64,000 nucleotides of DNA from the NCBI GenBank assembly GCA_037440465.1, contig JBBIUB010000001.1:140105-204104 (forward strand), written 5' to 3'. Position 1 is the first letter of the stretch. The number at the start of each line of letters is the position of its first letter. The notes beneath the pieces were generated by a model. That model saw only the letters and a list, made by a program, of their open reading frames with translations. It ran no database searches and had not been told where the DNA came from. Origin of the DNA: Coprothermobacterota bacterium. GTDB lineage: Bacteria > Coprothermobacterota > HKB111. Below are positions 47,847-58,119 of the stretch, piece by piece. The position numbers and the translations under genes are program-made.

Positions 47847-48929
47847 CTATACACCTCCATAAATAATAGCTTCTTCTTCTCCTTTAATAACTCTTAAAGC
47901 TCCCAGAGCTAATGCTTTCATTTCTTCTTCTCCAGGATAAACATAAATTTTACCTAAGAAAGAAACCTTCTTTTTTATCTTTTCTATTAAATAATTAGAA
48001 AAGCTCATGCCACCAGTAATTATTATGCCGTCAATATGACCATCAATCACAGTAGCCATTGCCCCTATTTCTTTTGCTATCTGATAAACCAGGGCATCAT
48101 AAATTAGCTTAGCTTTTCTATCTCCTTCCTTAATCCTATTTTCAACTTCCCTCAAATCTTTAGTTCTCAAATGAGCATAAAGTCCACCTTCAGTAGTAAG
48201 TTTTTTTATTAGTTCCTCTCGGGTATAAGCTCCTGAAAAACATAATGAAACAAGGGAAACTGATGGAAGAGCACCAGCTCTATCACAGGAAAATGGTCCG
48301 CCCTCATTAGCATTATTAACATCTATTATCCTCCCTCCAACCATTGGAGAAACTGATATTCCACTACCAAGGTGAGCTACTATAAATTTGCTATTTTCAT
48401 ATGAGACTGCTAAATCTTTACAAGCCTCTCTAACTACTGCTTTCATATTAAGCGAATGTGATAAGCATTTCCTTTTTATCTCAGATAAACCAGTTATGTA
48501 TGCAACTGGTTCGAACTCATCTACAGAGACAGGATCTACGATAAACACCAATGGTCTTCTGTCTTTATTCACCTTTAAGGATAAATAATATACTATTAAT
48601 CCGCCCAAATTTGAGGGATGATCAGCTTGAGTGCGATATTTTAAATCCTCTACCATTTTTTCATTCACAATATAAGTACCACCTGGTAAGGGTGGTAAAG
48701 CTCCACCTCTACCTACTAAAACAGAAAAATCTTTTAAATTAATATTCAATCGTTTTATAAACTCTTCTACTATAAATGTACGATAATCCAGCTGATCAAG
48801 AGAAGAAGAAAATACAGCCAGATCTGAGGGCTTGTGAACAATATTCTCTGAAAATATCTCTTTATCATCTTCATATACACTTAATTTGGTTGAGGTAGAT
48901 CCTGGATTAACAACCAGTATCAAAAACAT
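47847..48929 (-). CDS. buk: Butyrate kinase (paralog 1)
   Basis: VNPGSTSTK, GRGG, HPSNLG, HSLNMK, PGEEEM; start at MFLILVV. Confidence 0.95.
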   Translation of the reverse strand: MFLILVVNPGSTSTKLSVYEDDKEIFSENIVHKPSDLAVFSSSLDQLDYRTFIVEEFIKRLNINLKDFSVLVGRGGALPPLPGGTYIVNEKMVEDLKYRTQADHPSNLGGLIVYYLSLKVNKDRRPLVFIVDPVSVDEFEPVAYITGLSEIKRKCLSHSLNMKAVVREACKDLAVSYENSKFIVAHLGSGISVSPMVGGRIIDVNNANEGGPFSCDRAGALPSVSLVSLCFSGAYTREELIKKLTTEGGLYAHLRTKDLREVENRIKEGDRKAKLIYDALVYQIAKEIGAMATVIDGHIDGIIITGGMSFSNYLIEKIKKKVSFLGKIYVYPGEEEMKALALGALRVIKGEEEAIIYGGV

Positions 48930-50595
48930 TTTCCCCCAACAATTCTCTTGCTTGTTGTAAAGTTGTTTCAGTAACTCTTCCTCCAACCAGCATACGTGCT
49001 AACTCTATTACTCTTTCTTCTCCTTCTAAAGATGTAACACTAATACCTATTCCCTCAGGTTTATATTTTTTTTCTACAAGATAGTGGTTATCGGCTTGAG
49101 CTGCCAGTTGAGAAAGGTGAGTAACAAGAAAAATTTGATGATGTTCACCCAATTCCTTTAGTTTAGCCCCTACAACTTCAGCAGTTTTTCCACCTATTCC
49201 AGCATCCACCTCATCAAAAACAAGAACAGGTGTTCTATCCACTCCCTTAAGAACAGATTTGAGAGCTAACATAATTCTTGATAGTTCACCACCTGAAGCA
49301 GTAAATCTAAGGGGTTTAAGCTCTTCATTTATAAATGGTGCCATCAAGAACTCTGTTTCATCAAGACCATGAGGACCTACTTCTTTCAATGGCTCAATTT
49401 TAATATAAAATATTGTCTCTGACATATTAAGATTCTTTAGCTCTTCTTCAACCTTTTTGCCTAATGTGTTAGCCCCTTCTCTCCTATACTCAGAAAGGGA
49501 TATTGCTTTCTCCTGGAGAATATTTCTTGTATCATATAATTCTTTTTCAATTTTTTTTATTTGAATAGTTAAATCTTCATTTCTATTTAATTTACCTATT
49601 AATTCATCAGCTAATAAGATTAGCCCCGAAACATCCTTTTTATGTTTCCTTTTTAAGTCATCAATTATCTCTAATCTTTGCTCAATCTCCTCTAATCTTT
49701 GAGGATTGTATTCAAGTCTTCCCAGGTAATTGGTAAGAAATCTGCCTAACTCTCTTATTTTAAGATTGTAATTAGATAGATCTTCCGTCCAACAAGATAA
49801 AGAATTATCAATTGAAGAAAGAATTTTTAAATCTCTCTCAACTTCGCTTGAGAGATAATTTAAACTAATTCCACTCTCACCCTCATACAATATCTCTTTT
49901 AAGGAAGATACGAGTCTTCCTAACTCTTCAGCATGGCTTAAGCGAATTTTTTCTGACTTTAATTCGTCTTCTTCTGATTCATTGAGATTGGCTTTTTGTA
50001 ACTCTTCAAGTTGATATTCCCAAAGATTAACAAGCTCGCCGACTCTTCTCTCTTCTTCTTTTAAAGACATAAGTTCTTTTATAAGAATTTTATCTTTTAA
50101 AAATATAGATTCAACCTCTTCTTTTAATTTTAGGGTAGTACTCCCACAAAATTTGTCTAATAACTCTCTTTGGTGATCAGAATTTAAAAGAAGTTGTTGT
50201 TCACCCTGACCGTGAAAATCAATGATCTTACTTCCAAGTAATCTGAGAGTATTTAATCCAACAGCCTTGCCATTCACCCAGGCTCTACTTTTACCATCTT
50301 TGAATAGGGCTCTTTCCAGCACTAAATAATCTTCATCTGGAAGACCTTCTTCTCTCAGAGCCTCATGTATAGAATCAAGAGAAGAGATGTCAAATACTCC
50401 ATTAATTACACACTTTGTATGATTACTTTTTATAAGTTCAGGAGTACCCTTGCTACCCATAAGAAGAGAAAGAGAATCCATAATAATAGACTTTCCTGCT
50501 CCCGTTTCACCTGTAAACACTTGAAAACTTGCAGATAAGTCAAGTTTTATTTCATCAATAATAGCTAGACCAGAGATTCTAAGTTCCAGAAGCAT
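48907..50595 (-). CDS. recN: DNA repair protein RecN
   Basis: TGETGAGKS, HGQ, ASGGELSRIMLA, FDEVDAG, ELARML; start at MLLEL. Confidence 0.96.
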   Translation of the reverse strand: MLLELRISGLAIIDEIKLDLSASFQVFTGETGAGKSIIMDSLSLLMGSKGTPELIKSNHTKCVINGVFDISSLDSIHEALREEGLPDEDYLVLERALFKDGKSRAWVNGKAVGLNTLRLLGSKIIDFHGQGEQQLLLNSDHQRELLDKFCGSTTLKLKEEVESIFLKDKILIKELMSLKEEERRVGELVNLWEYQLEELQKANLNESEEDELKSEKIRLSHAEELGRLVSSLKEILYEGESGISLNYLSSEVERDLKILSSIDNSLSCWTEDLSNYNLKIRELGRFLTNYLGRLEYNPQRLEEIEQRLEIIDDLKRKHKKDVSGLILLADELIGKLNRNEDLTIQIKKIEKELYDTRNILQEKAISLSEYRREGANTLGKKVEEELKNLNMSETIFYIKIEPLKEVGPHGLDETEFLMAPFINEELKPLRFTASGGELSRIMLALKSVLKGVDRTPVLVFDEVDAGIGGKTAEVVGAKLKELGEHHQIFLVTHLSQLAAQADNHYLVEKKYKPEGIGISVTSLEGEERVIELARMLVGGRVTETTLQQARELLGENVFDTGC

Positions 50596-51463
50596 TCTTC
50601 TTCTTTCCCCAACCAAATTTTTCCCTTAGAGCTCTATAAAAATAATTTCTACGGGCACTAAGAAGAAATATTTTCCCTTGTCCAGGACATACTTCTAATT
50701 CTGCTGGCGGATAAAAAGCAGCTTTAGAGCTTCCATCTATGAAATAGTGTACTTTTGTTTCCTTTTCACCTTCAACATAAATTAGTGGTTTTTCCTCAGG
50801 ATCTACAATAAGAGGGCGTATGTTTAAGGTGTGGGGAGCAAAAGGAATAATATTAGCAACTGTTAAATTATGACTTATGATAGAGCCACCTATAGAAAGA
50901 GATTGAGCTGTTGAACCAACTGAAGAAGAGATAATAATACCTTCACCTTGATAACCTCCTACAATAAGGTTATTCATCTTAAGAGATAAATAAGGTAATC
51001 TCGAATTAATATCTCTAATCAAAGCTACTTCATTAATAAACTCTTCTTCATAAATATTATCTCCTGTTCTGAGGGTAGCTTTCATAGTAAATACTGTAGT
51101 ATAGGTAAATCTGTTATTTAAAAACTTTTTAACTTCTTTAACAGCCTCTTTTACGGTATTAACCCTGTTAAGAAAACCAAAACTTCCAGGAGCGCTCAGT
51201 CCCAAAAGAAAAGCAGGGGATTTTTCTTTTGATAATAAACGGGCTGCTCTCAAAAAAGTCCCATCACCACCAATGGATATAACCAGATCAGATTTTCTCA
51301 CTAATTCATCGTCGTTAACCTGGTCTTCAAACTTAATATCCGGCATCACTATTTTCCTGATGATTATTTCTAAACCAAGTTTTTTTAATTCTTCTTTTAA
51401 TTGTGCAGTCATTTCTTTAGCAGTATTTCTTAAGTGGTGAGGAAAAAGCCCGACTTTCAACAT
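50579..51463 (-). CDS. nadK: NAD kinase
   Basis: GGDGTFL, NE, GSTA.SLS.GG, PHTL..RP; tlyA-nadK-recN synteny. Confidence 0.9.
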   Translation of the reverse strand: MLKVGLFPHHLRNTAKEMTAQLKEELKKLGLEIIIRKIVMPDIKFEDQVNDDELVRKSDLVISIGGDGTFLRAARLLSKEKSPAFLLGLSAPGSFGFLNRVNTVKEAVKEVKKFLNNRFTYTTVFTMKATLRTGDNIYEEEFINEVALIRDINSRLPYLSLKMNNLIVGGYQGEGIIISSSVGSTAQSLSIGGSIISHNLTVANIIPFAPHTLNIRPLIVDPEEKPLIYVEGEKETKVHYFIDGSSKAAFYPPAELEVCPGQGKIFLLSARRNYFYRALREKFGWGKKKNASGT

Positions 51464-52248
51464 AACCCTCCTGTTACAATCTCTTTAATTATTGTAGTTT
51501 CTATCTCACTTCCTGTTCCTAACCTACTCAGCAAAAGAAAATATTCCTGATTACCTTTATGCCCTTTGATAGGAGAAGGGGCAAAGTCTACCCATATGAG
51601 AGGAATTTGTTTGACATATTCCTTAAAACTCATCAAGGCATTAAAACATACAAATTTATCAACTACTATTCCTTTTCTCACATTCCCTGGCCCTACTTCA
51701 AATTGTGGTTTAAAAAGGGCAATTATAATCCCTTTTTCTTTAAGAAAGGGGAGTGTGTTTGGTAAAATATTTTTTAAAGATATAAAAGAAACGTCAATGG
51801 TTATAATATCTACTTTTTCAGGTAGTAGGTCCTCTTCAGCATACCTGAAATTTACTTCATCAAGAACTATTACTTTAGGCTCCAACCTCAACTTATAATC
51901 CAGTTGTCCCTTACCCACATCAAGAGCATAAACTTTTGAAGCTCCTTTTTTTATTAGGCAGTCAGTAAAACCACCTGTGGAGGCACCAATATCTAAAATT
52001 GTCTGTCCCTGAGGATTAATTTTAAAAGCTTGAAGAGCATGTGCTAATTTTATTCCCCCACGGCTAACAAAAGGTTTATTTCCAATAAATTGTACACTAA
52101 CAGACTTATAAACCATAGTTGATGGCTTAACTAAACTAACACCATTGATTAAAAGCATACCAGATTCTATAGCTTCCTGGGCTTTCTCCCTGCTTTCAAA
52201 CCAACCAGTATCTACAAGTAACTTATCAAGTCTAACGCGTTGTTGCAT
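51457..52248 (-). CDS. tlyA: TlyA rRNA 2'-O-methyltransferase
   Basis: S4 domain RLD, VSRGG.KL, DIGASTGGFTD, DVSFIS, KPQFE. Confidence 0.96.
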   Translation of the reverse strand: MQQRVRLDKLLVDTGWFESREKAQEAIESGMLLINGVSLVKPSTMVYKSVSVQFIGNKPFVSRGGIKLAHALQAFKINPQGQTILDIGASTGGFTDCLIKKGASKVYALDVGKGQLDYKLRLEPKVIVLDEVNFRYAEEDLLPEKVDIITIDVSFISLKNILPNTLPFLKEKGIIIALFKPQFEVGPGNVRKGIVVDKFVCFNALMSFKEYVKQIPLIWVDFAPSPIKGHKGNQEYFLLLSRLGTGSEIETTIIKEIVTGGLC

Positions 52249-52254
52249 AATATA

Positions 52255-52545
52255 TCAATAAATTCTAAAGTTATTAAATTCTTTTGCTATTGGTTCTTTT
52301 TCTGATAATTCCTCAATAACAAAACTATCTACTCTTGAATAAGAAGGGCCTCTTTTCATGAGACTTATGAACTCCAAGACATTATCTTTTTCACCATATG
52401 CCATAATCTCTATTTCTCCGGAAAGAAGGTTTTTAGCATATCCTTTTATGTTTAGCCTTTTAGCATGACGAAAAGCAAAATATCTGTAACCTACTCCCTG
52501 AACAACACCTTTAATCCTGACCTTTATTATTTGTGCTGATGGCAT
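52255..52545 (-). CDS. acyP: Acylphosphatase
   Basis: GVVQGVGYR, GYAKN, GP. Confidence 0.93.
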   Translation of the reverse strand: MPSAQIIKVRIKGVVQGVGYRYFAFRHAKRLNIKGYAKNLLSGEIEIMAYGEKDNVLEFISLMKRGPSYSRVDSFVIEELSEKEPIAKEFNNFRIY

Positions 52546-52927
52546 TAAAGATACCTCTTAAAACACCATTTACATACTTAGCAGGTCCTTCACCTGCAAA
52601 TTTTTTGGTAAGAATAACAGCTTCACTTATAGATACTTTTGAGGGAACATCAGAAGAAAATAATAGCTCATAAGTTGCAATTCTCAAAGCTGCTCTTTCT
52701 ATTGAACCCAAAAAACTAATTCTTCTACCTCGAAGATTTGCGGATATCAGATAATCTACTTTTCCCTTAACATTCTGTAAATTAGCCAGTAATTTATCCG
52801 CTTCACCAATGATATAAGGAGGAATATTTTTAAGTCCATCAGGATCTAATATCTCACTTTCACCACCAAGATCTCGGGAAACGAGGGTGCTCAAAGCGAG
52901 CTTTCTTACTAAATGCTTTTCTTTCAA
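52511..52927 (-). CDS. nusB: Transcription antitermination factor NusB
   Basis: ERAALRIATYEL, VP.KVSISEAV.L.KKF, YVNGVL. Confidence 0.92.
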   Translation of the reverse strand: MKEKHLVRKLALSTLVSRDLGGESEILDPDGLKNIPPYIIGEADKLLANLQNVKGKVDYLISANLRGRRISFLGSIERAALRIATYELLFSSDVPSKVSISEAVILTKKFAGEGPAKYVNGVLRGIFNAISTNNKGQD

Positions 52928-53265
52928 CCTTTAACCTTACTCGATACACTCTTAAAAATAACATCTACCCTTTCAACCTCTATGCCACCGAGCTTACGAA
53001 GAGCTTCACCAATTCTATCTCTGGCTTGTGAACCTGCCTCCTTCAAGTTTTCACCAAACTCGCCTGAAAGATACACTTTGATTTTTATTTTATTCTTACT
53101 TCTTGATAATCGAACAGGACCTCCAAGAAAACTTAAACGAGATTGATAAAGACCAGTTATTCCTTTTATACTAGCAATTGCTTCTTTGACTACCTGTTCA
53201 AAAACTGTATCCTCCATAAAAAACTGGTCTATGTTGATCTGGTTATAAGAACCATTTCTCCGCAT
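52924..53265 (-). CDS. Asp23/Gls24-family-like protein
   Basis: Lies between efp and nusB; FGENL.E....R..I...L..LGG.EV.RVDV pattern; start uncertain. Confidence 0.6.
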   Translation of the reverse strand: MRRNGSYNQINIDQFFMEDTVFEQVVKEAIASIKGITGLYQSRLSFLGGPVRLSRSKNKIKIKVYLSGEFGENLKEAGSQARDRIGEALRKLGGIEVERVDVIFKSVSSKVKG

Positions 53266-53534
53266 TTTTCACATCCTAACCTTATCCATTCTCTACCCCG
53301 AAATTTTGTGGGATCTACTTCAATGAAATCTCCGCAAGAAGGGCATTTAAAAACAGATTCGTCTCCCTCTTCTAACATGTCACCAATATCAATTTCATCC
53401 AAAATATTTACAAGATCTTCTATTACTTCTACAATTGTAGAAAAAGCTTTACCTAATTTTTCTTCAGTAAATGTTCCTGAACCTGCAAGAAGACCTTTAA
53501 GATAAGCTAATCTTTCTTTTGCATCATCTATCAT
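53229..53534 (-). CDS. Small zinc-ribbon protein (CD1247-like)
   Basis: ERLAYLKGL N-terminus; CPSC...CEKC; directly downstream of efp. Confidence 0.65.
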   Translation of the reverse strand: MIDDAKERLAYLKGLLAGSGTFTEEKLGKAFSTIVEVIEDLVNILDEIDIGDMLEEGDESVFKCPSCGDFIEVDPTKFRGREWIRLGCEKCGEMVLITRST

Positions 53535-54103
53535 TATGATTTTCCCCTTACTCTTTCAATATATTCACCAGTTCTGGTATCTAACTTAATCACATCACCC
53601 TGTTCAATAAATAATGGTACCTGCACTATAGCTCCTGTTTCAAGGGTTGCTGGTTTAGTTCCACCTGAAACGGTATCACCTTTAAAACCAGGATCTGTTT
53701 CTGTAATAGCAAGTTCCACAAAAATCGGTAGTTCAACCCCAATAGGTTTTCCCTGATAAAAAAGAATATCTGCTTCCATGCTTTCTTTGAGAAATTGGAC
53801 ACCTTGCTTGAAATCTTCCTCTATTAAATGCCATTGCTCATAAGTATCCTGGTCCATAAATATGTATTCATGCTTAGAGTTATAGAGATACTGCATTTTT
53901 TTGCTTTCAAGAAAAGCTTTTATTACCTTTTCTCCAGCTCTGAAAGTTTTATCTATAACTGAACCCTCTTTTAGACCTTTTAACTTTGTTCTAACAAAAG
54001 CTGATCCCTTACCTGGTTTTACATGTAGATATTCTATGCATACATATAGTTCTCCGTCCAACTCTATTGCCATTCCAGGACGCAATTCATTTACTGAAAT
54101 CAT
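53534..54103 (-). CDS. efp: Elongation factor P
   Basis: HVKPGKGSAFVR, PGFKGDT, KPATLETG, VPLF; start at MISVNELR. Confidence 0.97.
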   Translation of the reverse strand: MISVNELRPGMAIELDGELYVCIEYLHVKPGKGSAFVRTKLKGLKEGSVIDKTFRAGEKVIKAFLESKKMQYLYNSKHEYIFMDQDTYEQWHLIEEDFKQGVQFLKESMEADILFYQGKPIGVELPIFVELAITETDPGFKGDTVSGGTKPATLETGAIVQVPLFIEQGDVIKLDTRTGEYIERVRGKS

Positions 54104-55185
54104 AAAATCCACTCTTTTTTAGACAATGTTGTTAGATTTAATGGACCTTCATCTTTGACCACTACAATATCTTCTATCCTCACACCACCCCAACCTGGTA
54201 TATATACACCAGGTTCTACAGTTAATACCATATTCTCTTTAATAAGAGTTTTTTCTTCTACAGCTAGGCGTGGCCCCTCGTGAACTTCTAACCCAATACC
54301 ATGACCTAATCCGTGACCAAAGTATTGATCCAAACTCTCATCTCTTAAGAAATCACGGGCGATCCCATCAACCATCCAGGCTTCTAAATCTACTTTGATA
54401 GATTTTATAGCCCTTTCCTGTGCTTCAAGAACAGCATTGTATACTTTCTTCTCTTGATCTCCCGGAGTACCGAGGATAAAGGTACGGGTACAATCGGAAA
54501 CATAGCCATCTACACGAGCACCAATATCTATAACGACAAGTTCTCCTTTTTTTAGCTTTTTTTCTGTTGGTTGGCCATGAGGTAAAGCAGCTCTTTCACC
54601 TGAAGCTACTATTATCGGAAAAGCTACAGATGAAACTCCTTTTTTCTTAAGTCGATACTCTAACTCTACAGCCACATCAATTTCTTGAACTCCTGGAATT
54701 AGAAAAGAGCAAACAACTTCTTTTATAACTCCCTCAGTTATACTTTGAGCTTTTTTTATGGCATTTATCTCTTCATCTTCTTTGATGAGTCTTTCTTCTT
54801 CTACAAGGTTTTTCTGAGGTATCCACTCAACATTTTCAATACCTTCTTTAAGTTCATTATATTGAGCTACAGATAAATGGTGTGCCTCAAAACCAACTTT
54901 TTTAATGTTTTTTTCTCTTAAAGCTTCCTGAAGAAACTTTTGGTAAGGCTTCTGGTATTCTCTGACTTCTACAAATGGAGCCTCTTGCCTGGCTTGTTCT
55001 GTATATCTAAAGTCGACTAATAACAAAGGCTCTGGTCTAAGTAAGACTATACCAGCAGAACCTGTAAAACCAGTAAGATATCTTCTGGATTCTTGTTTAA
55101 AACTTACGAAGGCTTCAAGGTTCAAAGAGTCGATTTTTTCTTGTAACTTACTAATACGAGTTAAATAGTTCAGATTATGGGGCAA
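54100..55185 (-). CDS. Xaa-Pro aminopeptidase (M24)
   Basis: YLTGFTGS, ALPHG, D.G, SD.TRT, HGLGHGIG.EVHE, EPG.Y, RIED. Confidence 0.94.
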   Translation of the reverse strand: MPHNLNYLTRISKLQEKIDSLNLEAFVSFKQESRRYLTGFTGSAGIVLLRPEPLLLVDFRYTEQARQEAPFVEVREYQKPYQKFLQEALREKNIKKVGFEAHHLSVAQYNELKEGIENVEWIPQKNLVEEERLIKEDEEINAIKKAQSITEGVIKEVVCSFLIPGVQEIDVAVELEYRLKKKGVSSVAFPIIVASGERAALPHGQPTEKKLKKGELVVIDIGARVDGYVSDCTRTFILGTPGDQEKKVYNAVLEAQERAIKSIKVDLEAWMVDGIARDFLRDESLDQYFGHGLGHGIGLEVHEGPRLAVEEKTLIKENMVLTVEPGVYIPGWGGVRIEDIVVVKDEGPLNLTTLSKKEWIL

Positions 55186-55483
55186 AGAGGTTCCCCTTCC
55201 CTAACCTGTTTGGATCCGGTATAACTTGCTGGGAGATAAGGCGATGTTTCAGAGTTTCATCAACCTTCCTGGAAGCATCAGTATCTTGAATCTTAGGTAA
55301 TTCTAAAGTTCCAATATTTATATCACCGCCATATCTGGTTAAGTAATATTTGAAAATTGATTCCTGAATCTCATCACTATAGTTCCTCTCCACCCAGAAA
55401 AGAAAGATAAGAATAGCGATGAGAATAATTGTTGTTAACCTTATTTTTCTTTTTTTTGTTTTAAGTACTTTTGCCTTTTTCAT
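55175..55483 (-). CDS. Hypothetical bitopic membrane protein at the PilP position
   Basis: Basic N-terminus plus one TM helix; overlaps pilO stop; C-terminal GKGNLF. Confidence 0.6.
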   Translation of the reverse strand: MKKAKVLKTKKRKIRLTTIILIAILIFLFWVERNYSDEIQESIFKYYLTRYGGDINIGTLELPKIQDTDASRKVDETLKHRLISQQVIPDPNRLGKGNLFAP

Positions 55484-56004
55484 CTTGTCTCCCCATAAAA
55501 GATTGTGGTTTGCATGCTTATATTTAGTAAATCACCCTGTCCACTTACAGAAAGATTATCTATAGTCATAATGTGTGGAAATTTTTCGATCTCCTCAAGA
55601 AATGATATCAAGGAGTTGTAAGAACCATTAAGACCAAGGGATACAGAGGCTCCCTTACTTACTTTTGGGTCTCTTGATTCTCCTATTGTTATGCTTGAAA
55701 GCTCCAACCCTCCTCTTTGAACTGCAGATTGAATATCAAGAATAAGACTTTCCTCTTTTATCACCGGACTTATTAAACTTGTTAGTCTTTCTAACCTTAT
55801 GGAAACATTTTTTTCTGTATCAGCTAATAACGGTTCTCTTAATTTTGCATTTTTTAGATATATTAACTCTGACTTTTTGTTATCAAGTGTTCTTCTTAAA
55901 TTTACAGATTCATTATAAGAAGGGACCATAAAAGAGTTAATTAAATAATAAAAGAGGCCAGCAATAATAAACACCGCTAAAATTATTTTTATTGTTTTAC
56001 CCAC
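55480..56004 (-). CDS. pilO: Type IV pilus alignment protein PilO
   Basis: N-terminal TM helix, coiled coil, GSYNSLISFL..IE..P.I motif. Confidence 0.8.
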   Translation of the reverse strand: MGKTIKIILAVFIIAGLFYYLINSFMVPSYNESVNLRRTLDNKKSELIYLKNAKLREPLLADTEKNVSIRLERLTSLISPVIKEESLILDIQSAVQRGGLELSSITIGESRDPKVSKGASVSLGLNGSYNSLISFLEEIEKFPHIMTIDNLSVSGQGDLLNISMQTTIFYGETR

Positions 56005-56005
56005 T

Positions 56006-56566
56006 TTACTTAACCCTCTTTAAAACAATATTTACTGGGAAGTTAACTTTACCAGTAGTCTTATCCAGTGAAAAATTATTAGTATTTATCTTCTCAATAT
56101 CTTTTGAACTCTTTATACTGGAGATAAATTCGGAAGCAGCTCTTAAATTTATTGCTTCAGCCTGAATAGATACAGTTTTACCACTTCTTCCAATACTCAT
56201 AGAAGAAAATGTAATACCCTGAGGAGTAAGCCTTTGAAGTTCAAGGAATACCCATCTTAGAGAAGTTGCTTCACCTTCTAGTTGAATAACTGAAGATTCA
56301 AGTAAAGATATAGAAGCTAACCCTTTTTCAATGTTGGATATTCTTTCTTTCAATGATGCATAATCAGCTAACTCATTATCAATTGTTAATATCTCACCTT
56401 TTAACTGCCTATTGAAGGAATATAAGAAACTTAACATTATACTGGAAATTAGTAACAAAACTATGAAAATAGTTATGATAACTTTATCCTCTTTTTGTAA
56501 AGCAAAACCCTTTTTTATTTTTTTGGGTAACAGGTTAAAAGATATCGCAGATAACCTTTTAGACAT
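56006..56566 (-). CDS. pilN: Type IV pilus alignment protein PilN
   Basis: FNLLP motif, TM helix, L.RLTPQGI.F.S; start at MSKRL. Confidence 0.82.
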   Translation of the reverse strand: MSKRLSAISFNLLPKKIKKGFALQKEDKVIITIFIVLLLISSIMLSFLYSFNRQLKGEILTIDNELADYASLKERISNIEKGLASISLLESSVIQLEGEATSLRWVFLELQRLTPQGITFSSMSIGRSGKTVSIQAEAINLRAASEFISSIKSSKDIEKINTNNFSLDKTTGKVNFPVNIVLKRVK

Positions 56567-57677
56567 AGCTTGGCTCCTCATAGAATATTCTAAGTCCCAG
56601 TCCAAGAGCGCAACTTAAAAGTAGCGTTGATTCTCCAAGAAGCTTTTTATCAAGGTCTTTTCTACTTGGTACCTGTAGTAAAGCAGTATTAAGAACTGTT
56701 TTAAAACCCAAATTCTCTTCTGTAGCATCTCTTAATCCTTTTAAAGAAGCACCACCCCCACTCAAAATTAGAACCATTGTTTTCCCAGGCATAATCTGTC
56801 GCCATTCCTGATGAGCAAATGCAACTGCTCTGTGAACTTCAGAGAAAAGGGCATCTTCCAGAACTTCTAATATTCTCTCCTTTATCTCTTTATAGTCTTC
56901 TGATATACTATTCCCAAAAAGAAGATTTTCTTCCTTTTTAAATCTCTCAGCTTCAAGATGGTTGAGCTGCATTTCTTCTTTTATAATATTAGTAATCACA
57001 TCACCACCAAAAGAGATAGCTCTCGAAAATAATACCCTACCTTGAGAATAAAGATTGAGCATGCTACTTGAGGCACCAACGTTAAGCATAATAAAGACAA
57101 TATCTTCACTAAAACCAGGCAGAAACCTCAGTGTTCTTGCTTCTGCATAAGCATCTAATTCAATCGCATCTAACTTCATCTTAGCTTTAATAAATCCTTT
57201 TACAATAGGGTCAATAAGGGTTAATGGAACCGCGACCAACAAGCCTTTGTAAGTATCTTTACCTTCTCTATCTACCATACTTAAAAATTTATAATCCCAG
57301 CTGCTTTCTTCTATAGGAAAATCCAGAATTTTAGCTGCTTCCCATTTAACTATCTCATCAATTTCTTCTTTGGGTACAGCAGGTATGGTGATCTCTATTA
57401 TCCTCACAAGATTGCTGTTTAAAGCAACAACAGCTCTTGATGCCCTGAGATCATAGGCTGAGATTACAATCCTCAAGGCTTCAGCAAGAGTAACCGGGTT
57501 AGTGACAACTCCGTCTTTACTTAAAAGACCCTGAGGAGTAGGAGAAAGAGCAACGCCCTCAATAAAAGGCTCTCCTTTTACATTCCTTAAAAGAACTGCC
57601 TTTATATTGTCAACTCCTATGTCTACGCCCATAATCTGTTTTGTTTGTTTTCTAAAAAAAGGAAAAAATGAACTCAA
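56559..57677 (-). CDS. pilM: Type IV pilus assembly protein PilM
   Basis: GVDIG..NIK, NVGA, FGGD, AERFK, ILSGGGA, ALGLGLR actin-like motifs. Confidence 0.9.
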   Translation of the reverse strand: MSSFFPFFRKQTKQIMGVDIGVDNIKAVLLRNVKGEPFIEGVALSPTPQGLLSKDGVVTNPVTLAEALRIVISAYDLRASRAVVALNSNLVRIIEITIPAVPKEEIDEIVKWEAAKILDFPIEESSWDYKFLSMVDREGKDTYKGLLVAVPLTLIDPIVKGFIKAKMKLDAIELDAYAEARTLRFLPGFSEDIVFIMLNVGASSSMLNLYSQGRVLFSRAISFGGDVITNIIKEEMQLNHLEAERFKKEENLLFGNSISEDYKEIKERILEVLEDALFSEVHRAVAFAHQEWRQIMPGKTMVLILSGGGASLKGLRDATEENLGFKTVLNTALLQVPSRKDLDKKLLGESTLLLSCALGLGLRIFYEEPSYV

Positions 57678-57993
57678 TATAGAACCTCCTTTCCCAATAT
57701 TATAAAACCCCTTGAAAATTTTTACTTCTAATAATACTTCCCTCTACCAATAAGATTGTTAAAGTAATTAAACTTTAACAAAATTCTATCATATAAACCA
57801 TGTCTCCTTTTACTTTCTTTATTCAATAACTTCCCTCAAGCAATTTTAATACTTTTCTTACAAATATTTTTATTATATTATATTACTCTTTATTATAAAC
57901 AATTAATTGTCAATTTCCTAAATATTTATAATATCTTTCATTTTATAACCAGAAATTATAGGTTGTAGCTATTTGATTTCATTTTTCAGGAAC

Positions 57994-58084
57994 TGGCGGA
58001 GAGAGAGGGATTCGAACCCTCGAAGGGATTTTGCCCCTTACTCACTTAGCAGGCGAGTGCCTTAAGCCTCTCGGCCATCTCTCC
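57994..58084 (-). tRNA. tRNA-Ser(GCT)
   Basis: GGAGAGATGGCCGAGAGG...CTCGC-CTGCTAA-GTGAG, long variable arm, ends CCGCCA. Confidence 0.95.
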
Positions 58085-58119
58085 ACAAATAAAATTTTAG
58101 CATAAAATCACATTATTTT

